Shown here: piece after piece, positions 24,609 to 24,707 of the stretch
How positions within the stretch are numbered: position 1 is the first letter of the stretch
How the letters are laid out: each line of letters begins with the position of its first letter
From: Candidatus Eiseniibacteriota bacterium
Lineage (GTDB): Bacteria > Eisenbacteria > RBG-16-71-46 > DASYSL01
Assembly: GCA_031431875.1 (NCBI GenBank)
Contig: JANPEF010000120.1
Span: forward strand, 1 to 24,707
Length of the DNA: 24,707 nucleotides
Reading direction: 5' to 3'
The notes under the pieces: model-generated
The model's input: the letters and a program-made list of their open reading frames with translations, nothing else
Database searches by the model: none
What the model was told of the DNA's origin: nothing
Made by a program: the position numbers and the translations under genes

Positions 24609-24707
24609 TCACTTCGGCCGCGGCCAGCGCGGCTTGCCGACATCCTTGCCGGACTCCATGTACGGCTTGAGGCGCCCGCTCAGGAAGTGCTGCCACACGC
24701 CGTCGAC
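24609..24707 (-). CDS. 3' end of a partial CDS (possibly SRPBCC-like C-terminal helix)
   Basis: Hand translation VDGVWQHFLSGRLKPYMESGKDVGKPRWPRPK*; GC3-rich codons. The family guess is weak. Confidence 0.55.
   Translation of the reverse strand, partial: VDGVWQHFLSGRLKPYMESGKDVGKPRWPRPK

Noticed and set aside
1..24707. CRISPR array, tRNA, rRNA, prophage or integrase
   Set aside because: No repeat-spacer periodicity, cloverleaf, rRNA-like sequence or phage/integrase motifs seen by eye; short tandem repeats lack spacers.

Overview
High-GC bacterial chromosomal window. The Fibrobacter-type LexA box and FlgD-Ig/T9SS-like C-terminal sorting domains suggest the FCB superphylum (e.g. Ca. Eisenbacteria-like; this is an inference). 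The left 8.3 kb is a tightly packed minus-strand cluster that looks like a DNA-damage (SOS) operon. Its order is lexA, an IS200/IS605 TnpA-fold protein lacking all catalytic residues, dinB, DUF72, two paralogous exported proteins and an MrfA/YprA-type DEAH helicase running off the window edge. A TGCAC-N4-GTGCA operator sits inside the lexA promoter, with a degenerate copy upstream of the dead TnpA. A 1 kb gene-poor region follows, holding a consensus sigma-54 promoter, a candidate structured sRNA, palindromes and small ORFs. Further right are a Ser/Thr kinase with a beta-propeller, a secreted FlgD-Ig-tailed protein, a hybrid GAF/PAS histidine kinase, an EamA transporter, a Csp-like S8 protease, an internally deleted hicAB remnant, DUF998, hflX, trxA and a partial CDS. 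The most novel candidate is the apparently domesticated, catalytically dead Y1 transposase between lexA and dinB.
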